Source of the DNA: Elusimicrobiota bacterium
Lineage (GTDB): Bacteria > CG03 > SLGR01 > JAGXOG01
Reading direction: 5' to 3'
Length of the DNA stretch: 17,618 bases
Assembly: GCA_051745145.1 (NCBI GenBank)
Contig: JBNJDT010000029.1
Span: 1 to 17,618 of the forward strand
This document shows positions 8,611 to 16,740 of this stretch, one piece after another; position 1 is the stretch's first letter, and every line of letters starts with the position of its first letter. The notes beneath the pieces were generated by a model. It was not told the origin of the DNA and did not search any database. It was given only the letters and a program-made list of their open reading frames with translations. Both the position numbers and the translations under genes were made by a program.

Positions 8611-9567
8611 TCACTTAAAATTTCTTATATAAAAAGTATGACCTTCGTATTTCACTTTTTTTAATTTTTTCCTTATCATTAAATCAACGATTAAATCCCA
8701 GTCGCTCCCGGATTTAATTAAAAATTCTCTGACTCCTTCTTTCCTCATTGGATGTACAGAAGTTATGCTTAAAAGATCTTTGGCCGGATTACCGGTAGAG
8801 GCAAAACTATTTCCTTCGTAACCGATAAGATATTCAGTATCTATACCTTTTCGGGTAAATATCTGATAGGCGGTATTAACAGATTCTTCATCCGCGGCGC
8901 TAACATTTTTTTCTGCCGGCGGGCGGGTGGGAATGGAAATATAACTTTTCACATTTTCTAACTCCCTTATAAAATCGGCTATTTTATTGAGCTCCTCCCG
9001 GTTATCATTAACTCCCTCTATCAGCATGGTTTCCGTATTAAATTTTCCTTTAAAAGAGCCGGAGAATTTCTTTATTCCCTCTAATATTTCACCTAGTTTT
9101 AAATCTATATGCGGACGATTTATCTTCTTCCAGCATTTTTCCGAGCGGGCATCTAATTTTAAAGAAACCCAGTCCGCCCGGTTTAAATTTTCCCTGACAT
9201 CTTTTTGCCAGATAAGGGAGGCATTGGAAATAACAGCAATATCTATATCCAGGGGTTTAAGTAATTCTATTGTCTTCCCTAAATTAATATCTAACGTTGG
9301 TTCTCCGTCGGGTACAAAAGCCAGGTAATCTATGTTTTCATTTTTTTCTTTTGATTCTTTGACCTTTTCTTTTACAGTATCGGCTATAAATTCAGGAGCA
9401 AAAAATTTTTCTCTTTTTACCTGCATCTTTAAGGTCCGCCCCAGCTGACAGTAGATACACGAATAACTGCAAATTTTCGGAGGTACATTATTTATACCCA
9501 GACTCTGACCCAGTCTTCTTGAAGGGACCGGTCCGTATGCTATTTTAATATCTTTACTGTTTTCCAT
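8611..9567 (-). CDS. Radical SAM protein (COG0731/TYW1-like Fe-S oxidoreductase)
   Basis: YGPVPSRRLGQSLGIN, CxxxCxxC (CSYSCIYC), DGEPTL, PTRPPAE, HPMR. Confidence 0.9.
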   Translation of the reverse strand: MENSKDIKIAYGPVPSRRLGQSLGINNVPPKICSYSCIYCQLGRTLKMQVKREKFFAPEFIADTVKEKVKESKEKNENIDYLAFVPDGEPTLDINLGKTIELLKPLDIDIAVISNASLIWQKDVRENLNRADWVSLKLDARSEKCWKKINRPHIDLKLGEILEGIKKFSGSFKGKFNTETMLIEGVNDNREELNKIADFIRELENVKSYISIPTRPPAEKNVSAADEESVNTAYQIFTRKGIDTEYLIGYEGNSFASTGNPAKDLLSITSVHPMRKEGVREFLIKSGSDWDLIVDLMIRKKLKKVKYEGHTFYIRNFK

Positions 9568-9609
9568 CTTTTCCGCCTATATTGAATTTTATTTTTCTCT
9601 TTTATTTAA

Positions 9610-9951
9610 TTATAAATATTTTAAAAATTTATTGTTTTCATCAACTAAAATTTTTTTTGCCTCTACTTTATCTTCAGCTAATTCAAAGCCGGCTATTATT
9701 ACAATATCGCCTTTTTTTATCTTTTTAGCGGCTGCACCGTTCATGCATATTATACCGGAACCTTTCTTGCCTCTAATAACGTAAGTTTCCACCCTTTCAC
9801 CGTTTGTTACATCCCATACGGCAACCTTTTCATTCTCCTCAAAACCTGTAAGTTCGATTAACTCTGAATCAATGGTTATACTTCCCGTATATTCGGTGTT
9901 GGCCTGAGTAACAGTTGCCCGGTGAATTTTACTTCTAAGATAAAATCTCAT
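9610..9951 (-). CDS. panD: Aspartate 1-decarboxylase (pyruvoyl-dependent)
   Basis: SKIHRATVT, YTG/SITID self-cleavage site, NGERVETY, NGAAA. Confidence 0.95.
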   Translation of the reverse strand: MRFYLRSKIHRATVTQANTEYTGSITIDSELIELTGFEENEKVAVWDVTNGERVETYVIRGKKGSGIICMNGAAAKKIKKGDIVIIAGFELAEDKVEAKKILVDENNKFLKYL

Positions 9952-9971
9952 ATCTATCCTTCCCTTATCCC

Positions 9972-10277
9972 TTAAGATCCTTCTCTCTTTAAATTTTTTA
10001 GTTTACCTGAAATTGAATTATTTTTATCAGTTCGCTCGTCAATTTTTATACTGGTCACCAATCTTTTTATATCCCCGTTCAAAACTTCTCTATGCATTTT
10101 TCGGGCTATTTTAAAAAGGGTATCCGAAGAATCCGCCTCTACAACCGTTCCCATGGCATTTAATTCATAATTAATATTTTTAACACCGGTTAAAACATCC
10201 AAAGACTTTTTCACGTATTGGCTAACCGAAGGAGTTCCGGTGCCCAGAGGTACTATATTTATTTCCATTACCGGCAT
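9972..10277 (-). CDS. MTH1187-family thiamine-binding protein
   Basis: IVPLGTGTPSVSQYV, YELNAMGTVVE, RLVTSIKIDERTDK. Confidence 0.9.
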   Translation of the reverse strand: MPVMEINIVPLGTGTPSVSQYVKKSLDVLTGVKNINYELNAMGTVVEADSSDTLFKIARKMHREVLNGDIKRLVTSIKIDERTDKNNSISGKLKNLKREGS

Positions 10278-10336
10278 CTTTAACTCCCGTAATTATTTAT
10301 TATCTTTAATTTCCCAATGATTTTTCCTAACTTCCC

Positions 10337-10693
10337 TTAACTAAATTCTTTTTTAAACTCCTTTAATTTATCAATAGTTTGTTCATTAACTTTATCAGTT
10401 AAATTAAACGATTTTATATACTTATTTAAATAACTTACTTTATAATCCTCGGAAGGACATTTTTTAAGAAGTCTTTCAGCTGTCTTAAGATTTTCTTCTA
10501 CTCTTTCCGGAATTTTCAAACTATCGTGCATAACTGCTTCCCTGGGACAAATTCCGTGACACTCCCCGCATCTTATACATTCATCCATATTAATTTCGGC
10601 AATTTCCCCGGTATCCAGAAAAATTGCATCTACCGGACACTGTTCAACACAGATTCCGCAACCCGTACATTCTTTTGTATCTATCCAGGGCAT
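10337..10693 (-). CDS. 2x[4Fe-4S] ferredoxin with C-terminal helical extension
   Basis: CTGCGICVEQCP and CIRCGECHGICP; SD AAGGAGG. Confidence 0.9.
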   Translation of the reverse strand: MPWIDTKECTGCGICVEQCPVDAIFLDTGEIAEINMDECIRCGECHGICPREAVMHDSLKIPERVEENLKTAERLLKKCPSEDYKVSYLNKYIKSFNLTDKVNEQTIDKLKEFKKEFS

Positions 10694-10722
10694 TTCAACC
10701 TCCTTATTTTAAATCTAATTAA

Positions 10723-11073
10723 TTATCTTCTTCCTCCGCCACCTTGACCGCCACCCCGGCCATCCCGGGGTCCTTTTCCCAGGCCTTTTCCCTGTCCGCG
10801 GCCCATGCCTCTGCCCTGTCCGGCACCGCTACCCCGGCCCTGACCGGCACCGGGTATATTCCGGTCCTGTCTGTTTACTGTAGAATCCTGTTCCCGGTTC
10901 ATATCCTGATAAATTGCGGCGGTCGGACATACTTCAATACATTGCCCGCATTCAGTACACTTTTCCTGTTCGATTACTGCTTTTCCTTCTTTCATATAAA
11001 TTGCCTGCTGGGGACAGGAATCAATACAGATTCCGCATCCCGTACATTTGGACTGATCAATTTTATACATCAC
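10723..11073 (-). CDS. 2x[4Fe-4S] ferredoxin with Gly/Arg/Gln-rich C-terminal tail
   Basis: CTGCGICIDSCP and CTECGQCIEVCP; SD GAGGAGG; start is GTG 11073 or ATG 11070. Confidence 0.9.
   Translation of the reverse strand: MMYKIDQSKCTGCGICIDSCPQQAIYMKEGKAVIEQEKCTECGQCIEVCPTAAIYQDMNREQDSTVNRQDRNIPGAGQGRGSGAGQGRGMGRGQGKGLGKGPRDGRGGGQGGGGRR
10804..10851 (-). repeat. Coding tandem repeat, 2 x 24 nt (GAGQGRGS / GAGQGRGM)
   Basis: GGTGCCGGTCAGGGCCGGGGTAGC followed by GGTGCCGGACAGGGCAGAGGCATG, inside the ferredoxin tail. Confidence 0.8.
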
Positions 11074-11629
11074 TATTTACCTCCTCTCTACTTTTAAACA
11101 TCTTTTCACCGGCCTGAATTTTTACATCCAGATAATTTTCAGACGGTGTAAGGGGGCATGCATAATTGTCACTATAAGCACACCACGGATTATAAGCAAA
11201 GTTAAAATCAAGTATCCACTTTCCGTCAGGTAACCGATCGTTCTCTGAGTCCAGATCCAGATACCTTCCCGCCGGATATGTTTCTTGACCACTGGTTTTA
11301 TCCTTAAAAGGTATAAATAAGCTTTCATCCTCTTTATCCGATTTATAGGTCTGTAATTTACACTCAATATTATTTACATTAAAAATAAATTCGCCGTACC
11401 TTAAAAAATTTCTAATATTACCTTTTGTATCTTTAATTTTTAAATTATTTTTTTGGGAATGTTCGGATAGCTCAATTTTAAATCTAAACTGAATAGTAGG
11501 AGGAAAATGATTTAGACCTTCAAAATCTTCTCTATCTTCAAAAGAGAGAGGGGACCGAGCGCTTTTAAAAAAAGAGTCTTTTTGTCGCCTGATAAATTTT
11601 ATCTTATTTTTCCATTTTTTAATATCCAT
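11063..11629 (-). CDS. DUF1684 family protein
   Basis: FKDKTSGQETYPAGRYLD, LDFNFAYNPWCAY..YACP..P.EN.L...IQAGEK. Start placed at ATG 11629 (SD AAGGA) rather than TTG 11647. Confidence 0.88.
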   Translation of the reverse strand: MDIKKWKNKIKFIRRQKDSFFKSARSPLSFEDREDFEGLNHFPPTIQFRFKIELSEHSQKNNLKIKDTKGNIRNFLRYGEFIFNVNNIECKLQTYKSDKEDESLFIPFKDKTSGQETYPAGRYLDLDSENDRLPDGKWILDFNFAYNPWCAYSDNYACPLTPSENYLDVKIQAGEKMFKSREEVNSDV

Positions 11630-11653
11630 ATATATCCTTTTTAGCAAATAATA

Positions 11654-12391
11654 TCACAATTTAAATCCGGAATTATCAATAATACTATTTAAATCCCGGG
11701 CAAACGCCGTTTTTTTTAATCCGGCTGGATTACCGATATTTTCCTCTAATATTTTATCCCTGTCAATCTGACCTAAATAAGGAACTTTCAGTTTTTTTAT
11801 GTCTTTTTTAAAAGATATTTTTCCGGTATTTGACATATTTTCAATTACTCCGGAAACCGGTATCTTAGTTTCTTTCAACAGCCGAACTTCTTTACTCAAA
11901 ACATTAAAAGCAAGCCGGGAGGGAACAGTAACCAGTAAAAATTCTATACCTTTTATCAGCTTTATCGTATCCAGAGTCCCTTCTCCCAGACCCGGGGGTA
12001 TATCTATAATAAGATAATCCAGTTCTTTCCATATTACAACCGACAGTAATTCTATTATTGAATTTGTAACATCCGCTCCCCTAAAAACTGCCGGGTTATC
12101 TTTAGCGTAGTAAACAATAGACATAAATTTAATTTCAAAAACTTCCGGCGGGGTGATCCCCCGGTGTTCCTCGGGAAATTTCTCTATATCCGCTCCCAGT
12201 ATTACATGACAGGTCGGCCCGTGAAAATCCAAATCTAAAAGTCCAACATTACAATTTCTTTCAGATAATACCAAAGATAACAAACTGGCAACCGAACTCT
12301 TCCCCACTCCTCCTTTGCCGCCGGATACGGCAACTATCTTTTTTATATCTTCTAATCTTCTGTCAATAATATTCAACCTGGGATCCTTCAT
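11654..12391 (-). CDS. Mrp/NBP35(MinD)-family ATPase, resembling the Thermococcales ATPase-type HypB
   Basis: GGKGGVGKS, DLDFHGP, LDYLIIDIPPG, VIENM. N-terminal DPR..I..RL and FPEE.RG..PP match the recalled T. kodakarensis HypB-AT. No CxxC after ENM. ATGA-coupled to hypA. Confidence 0.85.
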   Translation of the reverse strand: MKDPRLNIIDRRLEDIKKIVAVSGGKGGVGKSSVASLLSLVLSERNCNVGLLDLDFHGPTCHVILGADIEKFPEEHRGITPPEVFEIKFMSIVYYAKDNPAVFRGADVTNSIIELLSVVIWKELDYLIIDIPPGLGEGTLDTIKLIKGIEFLLVTVPSRLAFNVLSKEVRLLKETKIPVSGVIENMSNTGKISFKKDIKKLKVPYLGQIDRDKILEENIGNPAGLKKTAFARDLNSIIDNSGFKL

Positions 12392-12804
12392 TTAAATTCC
12401 CCTTTTATAGAATCCACCCAAACTCCTCTGCCCTTTAGAATTTCAAAATCAGAACTACCGCAATTTTTACAATTTATAAACACATGGGCGGTCTCGGGAA
12501 CAAAATGTATGGATTCAAGGTTATCTTCATCAAGGTTATCTTTAATTTCTTTTAAATTCCATTTATTACCGCAATTTCCGCATTTAAAGACTGCTTCTTC
12601 ACTTTCATAATCCATCTGTACATCTTCCATTAATGGCTGATGTTTTTTAATCAATTCCTCAAAAGCAAAATTTAAGCTTTCTTTTTCCACCCGCTGTAAC
12701 TGTCCCAGCTTAATTTTTACCCGGGTTATCCGGCTCAACTTCTTCTTTTCAGCTACTTTTACAGCTGTTGTAATTATTCCCTCTGCCAGAGCCCATTCAT
12801 GCAT
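12388..12804 (-). CDS. hypA: Hydrogenase nickel metallochaperone HypA (archaeal/Thermococcales type)
   Basis: N-terminal MHE, two CxxC (CGNC, CKNC) separated by a 33-aa insert containing SIHFVPE; C-terminal GRGVWV. Confidence 0.92.
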   Translation of the reverse strand: MHEWALAEGIITTAVKVAEKKKLSRITRVKIKLGQLQRVEKESLNFAFEELIKKHQPLMEDVQMDYESEEAVFKCGNCGNKWNLKEIKDNLDEDNLESIHFVPETAHVFINCKNCGSSDFEILKGRGVWVDSIKGEFK

Positions 12805-12828
12805 TTTTTTCTTTCTCCCTCACTTTAT

Positions 12829-13491
12829 TTATTCTAAAAGTTCTCCGGGTATTGAAATATCAGCGGTAATCACATCTCCGGTATACGAAATTCCCTCGTT
12901 TTTTTTAAATCCGGTTTTAGGCAACCCGAAAGTAACTGTCTTTTCAGCTTTTATGCATTCCCCCATAACCTCGCCGGTGGTGGCATCCAGACCCGAAGGT
13001 ACATCCACAGACAAAATTTTCTTTCCCGACTCATTTAATAATTTAATGATTGACCGGTAGGGTTCTCGAACATGTCCTTTTAACCCGATGCCGAATATTG
13101 CATCAACTATTAAATCGTACTCTTTTAATCTCTGCTTAAAAAGATTTATATTTTCCTCTAATATTATCCGTTTATCAACTTTCATATTCTTTAAAATATT
13201 AAAGTTGATTTTAGCATCCCCCTTTAAATCGGAGGCTCTTTCTATTATAAAAATATCTGTTTTGAATCCTTTATTTAGAAGATGACGGACAGTCACAAAA
13301 CCATCTCCGCCGTTATTGCCTTTTCCGCATATGCAGACTATCTTCTTGCTTTTATCACCGGAGAACATATCTACGGCTACATTTGCTACTTCCCTCCCTG
13401 CATTTTCCATTAATACAACCGAAGGAATTCCAAATTCTTTTATGGTTTTCTTATCTAATTTTTTCATTTGTTCTGTGCTAATATGTTTCAT
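12829..13491 (-). CDS. nnrE: NAD(P)H-hydrate epimerase (stand-alone YjeF-N)
   Basis: LMENAG, CGKGNNGGDG, DAIFGIG, VDVPSG, TVTF..PK.G, ADISIP. Confidence 0.93.
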   Translation of the reverse strand: MKHISTEQMKKLDKKTIKEFGIPSVVLMENAGREVANVAVDMFSGDKSKKIVCICGKGNNGGDGFVTVRHLLNKGFKTDIFIIERASDLKGDAKINFNILKNMKVDKRIILEENINLFKQRLKEYDLIVDAIFGIGLKGHVREPYRSIIKLLNESGKKILSVDVPSGLDATTGEVMGECIKAEKTVTFGLPKTGFKKNEGISYTGDVITADISIPGELLE

Positions 13492-13508
13492 AACTACCTC
13501 TTTTTTAT

Positions 13509-15362
13509 CTACTTATTTAATTTTCGATTTATCTTTCTATGAATACTTTTTATATTTTTTGAAATTTCAGAATCCGGGGCATATTCTGTCAGGGGCACGC
13601 CTTTCATCTGAGCTTCCGTAATTATTGTATCATAGGATATCTGTCCCAGCAGGTCTATATTTCTCTCCCGGCCCAATTTTTTAATTTTCCGGGTATTGTC
13701 TTCATTTAAGTCATACTTATTTACAATAATACCGGTATCTATTTTAAAATGCTCGGCAACGTCAATAATCCTATTTAAATCGTGAATTCCCGAAACCGTA
13801 GGTTCGGTTACAATAACGGCGTACCGGGCCCCGTTTAAAGATGAGATTACCGGACACCCGGTCCCCGGAGCTCCATCGATAAGAGATTCTCTAATACTGT
13901 TTTTTCCGGCTACTAGTTTTGCCTTATCCTTGACCAAAGTCACCAGACGGCCGGAATTCTCCTCGGCTATTCCCAGCTTTGCATGGGTAAAAGGACCGTA
14001 AGGAGTATCGGAGATATACCACCGGCCGTTTACCGCATCTTTTATATCAATAGCGTCAAAATCACATACTATATCACATACACCGCAACCCTCGCAGGCA
14101 ACGGGATCGATCTCATACTTTAGCTGTCCGTTTTCTTCTTTTTTATCTATTGCCGAAAATCTGCATTTCTGGTAACAGGCACCGCATCCCGTGCATTTTT
14201 CGGGATCGATATTTACGTCAAAACCGCCACTGAAATATCCTTTCTCTCTTATCTTTGGATCTAAGACAAGATGTAAATCCGCAGCATCCACATCACAGTC
14301 GCATATAATTTTCTCCCTGTTACTTAAATCGGCAAAACAAGCCGTAAGAGAAGTCTTTCCGGTCCCTCCTTTCCCGCTTATTACCACAAATTCTTTTAAA
14401 GAAACTGTTTTTTCCTCCTCCGGAGAATAGGCCTTTGCTTTTTCTACGTCGACTCCCTTAAACCCGGTTTTTTTGTATCTTTTTTCAGTATCTATCTGTA
14501 AATTTTTACTTTCTAAAATATTTTCTGAAATTTGTTTAAAAAGTTCTTCAATAGCCGGGTCATTCTCCACTGCTAATTCGCCTCTTGAATATCCCTCGGC
14601 TATCTTTCTCTCATCCGGTATTTCACCTACTATATTAAGATTTTCTTCACGGCAGTACTCTTTTAATTTATTATCCCTGTAATCGGCTCTGTTAACCACT
14701 ATGACCGGCTCCTGCCCTATTTCTCTTACCATATCCACGGATAATTTAAGGTCATTTATCCCAAAAGGTGTAGGATCGGTTACCAGCACACTTACATCGA
14801 CGTCCCTTAGGGTTTCTACGGCTGTACAGGAAGTTCCCGGCGGAGAATCGAGAATATTAATTCCCCTACCCATCTTTGCTTTTACACGGGATATAAGGCG
14901 GGGCGACATCCCCCCCTCTCCGGTTTTTAAAATAGCATCCACGCATTCTATTCCCTTACCCCGGCCCGATCTTAAAATTCCTATCTCTCTTTCTTCCTCT
15001 ATGATAGCATCTTTCGGACAGACAACACTGCAGGCCCCGCAAACATGACAGAGTTCCTGAAATAACATAACTTTTTCCCCGGCCACGACTATTGCATTGT
15101 AGCTGCATGCCTCTTCGCACCGTCCGCATAAATTACATTTTTCCGGATCTGCACCCATCGGAGAAATTATCTTTACCGCTTCAGAATTTCTATCCTCCGG
15201 TTTAAGAAAAAGGTGACCGTTGGGCTCTTCTACATCGCAATCAAAATAAGAAACATTCTTATATTCCTCATTTAAAACATGGGCCATATTAGTAGCCACA
15301 AACGTTTTACCGGTACCCCCTTTACCACTGGATACCGCAATTTTTAAATTTTTGTTCTTCAT
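13509..15362 (-). CDS. Fused tandem MinD-superfamily P-loop ATPase with inserted ferredoxin domains (two COG1149 modules)
   Basis: Two SGKGGTGKT motifs, DCDVEEPN and DCDVDAADLHL, four CxxCxxCxxxC motifs, DSPPGTSC and DGAPGTGCP, VTDPTPFG and VTEPTVSG. Confidence 0.92.
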   Translation of the reverse strand: MKNKNLKIAVSSGKGGTGKTFVATNMAHVLNEEYKNVSYFDCDVEEPNGHLFLKPEDRNSEAVKIISPMGADPEKCNLCGRCEEACSYNAIVVAGEKVMLFQELCHVCGACSVVCPKDAIIEEEREIGILRSGRGKGIECVDAILKTGEGGMSPRLISRVKAKMGRGINILDSPPGTSCTAVETLRDVDVSVLVTDPTPFGINDLKLSVDMVREIGQEPVIVVNRADYRDNKLKEYCREENLNIVGEIPDERKIAEGYSRGELAVENDPAIEELFKQISENILESKNLQIDTEKRYKKTGFKGVDVEKAKAYSPEEEKTVSLKEFVVISGKGGTGKTSLTACFADLSNREKIICDCDVDAADLHLVLDPKIREKGYFSGGFDVNIDPEKCTGCGACYQKCRFSAIDKKEENGQLKYEIDPVACEGCGVCDIVCDFDAIDIKDAVNGRWYISDTPYGPFTHAKLGIAEENSGRLVTLVKDKAKLVAGKNSIRESLIDGAPGTGCPVISSLNGARYAVIVTEPTVSGIHDLNRIIDVAEHFKIDTGIIVNKYDLNEDNTRKIKKLGRERNIDLLGQISYDTIITEAQMKGVPLTEYAPDSEISKNIKSIHRKINRKLNK

Positions 15363-15421
15363 TATTTAATTTTTTCCTTTCTGTATTTACAATCTTTCGT
15401 TTTTAAACAGATGCTTATCCG

Positions 15422-16033
15422 TCATTCCGCGGGAATCCATGCCTGAAAGGCGGTGATTGATTTCCGGGGTGACATTATACTGGAATTATTTACCGAAATC
15501 CCTATATCTTTGCCGTCTAAAATATCAATTATTTCTGCTGAAATTTTAACTGGCCAGTCACCGTAACCCGGAGAGAATCTTATACTTAAAATACAGTTCT
15601 TTTCCCGGGCCCTGTTTCTTATAATTGAACTGACATAATTAGCAGTTTGTTCGGCGGCTTCGGATCCCGCAGCATCCAAAATACTGGCGCCGGTCAAATC
15701 TTCTTTTTTGATATCTGCTACTTTTTTCTCCAGTGATTTTCCTACAGTAACAGCCATGATCGTAAAAATATCCGCTTTGCTGACTAACTCCATAATTCTG
15801 TCTGAAGATTTCAAAATTTTCTCTATAACTTTCTTTCCTTCTTCCTTATTTTTATTAAAAGTTTTAAATAAAACAGCGGGAGAAATAAGTGCATAAGCTT
15901 CTTCTATTTGCCGCTGTATATCTTTTTCGATATCTGGTGAAATACCTTTAGCTCTGGATGTATATCCGAGATACCTTAAAATTTCCGGTTTTCGTAACTT
16001 TATTTTAAAATTTTTTATTTTTTCCGCCGGCAT
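15422..16033 (-). CDS. Stand-alone B12-dependent methionine synthase (re)activation domain protein; may extend to 15362 through the TGA
   Basis: EILRYLGY, MAVTVG, LDAAGSEAAEQ, RFSPGYGDWP, MSPRKSITA. Confidence 0.88.
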   Translation of the reverse strand: MPAEKIKNFKIKLRKPEILRYLGYTSRAKGISPDIEKDIQRQIEEAYALISPAVLFKTFNKNKEEGKKVIEKILKSSDRIMELVSKADIFTIMAVTVGKSLEKKVADIKKEDLTGASILDAAGSEAAEQTANYVSSIIRNRAREKNCILSIRFSPGYGDWPVKISAEIIDILDGKDIGISVNNSSIMSPRKSITAFQAWIPAE

Positions 16034-16049
16034 TAAATAAAATTTTCAA

Positions 16050-16247
16050 TCAATCTAAATTACATGTGGGACACGAGGAAACCGAACTGGTTTCGGAAGT
16101 CTTTCCTACACTGAAAGATGATAGCTGTTTATCTACTTCTTTACTTCCGCACTCGGGGCATTTCAATTCCTCTTCCTCTGAAATAACGCCTACAATTTCT
16201 TCAAAAATTTTTTCACACTTGCTGCATTTATAAGTAAATATCGGCAC
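16050..16247 (-). CDS. FmdB-family zinc-ribbon protein
   Basis: MPIFTYKCSKC...FE...CPECGS, C-terminal CPTC; GTG start with SD AAGGAGG. Confidence 0.88.
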   Translation of the reverse strand: MPIFTYKCSKCEKIFEEIVGVISEEEELKCPECGSKEVDKQLSSFSVGKTSETSSVSSCPTCNLD

Positions 16248-16284
16248 CTAAATCCTCCTTAAAAAAAATCTTTCAACGGTAAAT

Positions 16285-16629
16285 TTATTTTAATTTAATA
16301 GCATCAACAGGGCAAACGGAAACACATTCTCCGCAGCCGTTACATTTGTTTTTATCTATTTCCGCTTTATCATTCATGGAAATTGCTTCATTCGGGCAAC
16401 TCGATAAACAAACTCCGCAACTTATACATTCTTCCTTGTTTACTTCAGCTTTTAAATCCGTATTATCTGATTTTTGTTTAGTTTCTTCCTTATCATCGGA
16501 TTCCCAATTTACGGAAAAACTGTTTCGCGAACCGGTTCTGCCGGAATTGCTTCCGCCAACACAGCCCCCTCTGCCTCTGCCGGTTCCCGGTCCGTTTCCT
16601 CTTGGTCCTGTTCCGTCTCCACCGGGCAT
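16285..16629 (-). CDS. 2x[4Fe-4S] ferredoxin with N-terminal DUF5320-like Gly-rich peptide
   Basis: MPGGDGTGPRGNGPGTGRGRGGC, then CISCGVCLSSCP and CNGCGECVSVCP; SD AAGGAGG. Confidence 0.9.
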   Translation of the reverse strand: MPGGDGTGPRGNGPGTGRGRGGCVGGSNSGRTGSRNSFSVNWESDDKEETKQKSDNTDLKAEVNKEECISCGVCLSSCPNEAISMNDKAEIDKNKCNGCGECVSVCPVDAIKLK

Positions 16630-16691
16630 ATTGTACCTCCTTATTTAGATACTCAGTCAATACTATTAATCTTAAAACAAACTTTACACTG

Positions 16692-16729
16692 TGATACAGG
16701 GAACAGCTATTAAACTGCTCCCTGTATCA
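16692..16729 (-). other. Strong intergenic stem-loop (mRNA stabiliser/processing site or atypical terminator)
   Basis: Minus-strand RNA UGAUACAGGGAGCAG-UUUAAUAG-CUGUUCCCUGUAUCA: 15-bp stem with one G-U pair, starting 11 nt after the DUF5320 stop; no adjacent U-tract. Confidence 0.75.
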
Positions 16730-16740
16730 AGGAGACCTTT

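Noticed and set aside
11630..11656. TGA of the Mrp-like ATPase is in frame with DUF1684 (possible readthrough fusion)
   Set aside because: The ATPase is full length, DUF1684 has its own SD and ATG, and in-frame arrangement occurs by chance one time in three.
4723..16052. Genome-wide TGA recoding (genetic code 4 or 25)
   Set aside because: TGA ends several complete genes, including ATGA overlaps at 7765 and 12388; no TGA interrupts a conserved domain core.
16630..16662. Internal promoter TTGACT...TACAAT before the tagged ferredoxin
   Set aside because: The spacer is 19 nt and the -10 lies downstream of the SD, so the geometry is implausible.
156..16713. All plus-strand ORFs in the track, and minus-strand 11122..11367
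   Set aside because: They are antisense or alternate-frame shadows of well-supported minus-strand genes and have no recognisable motifs.
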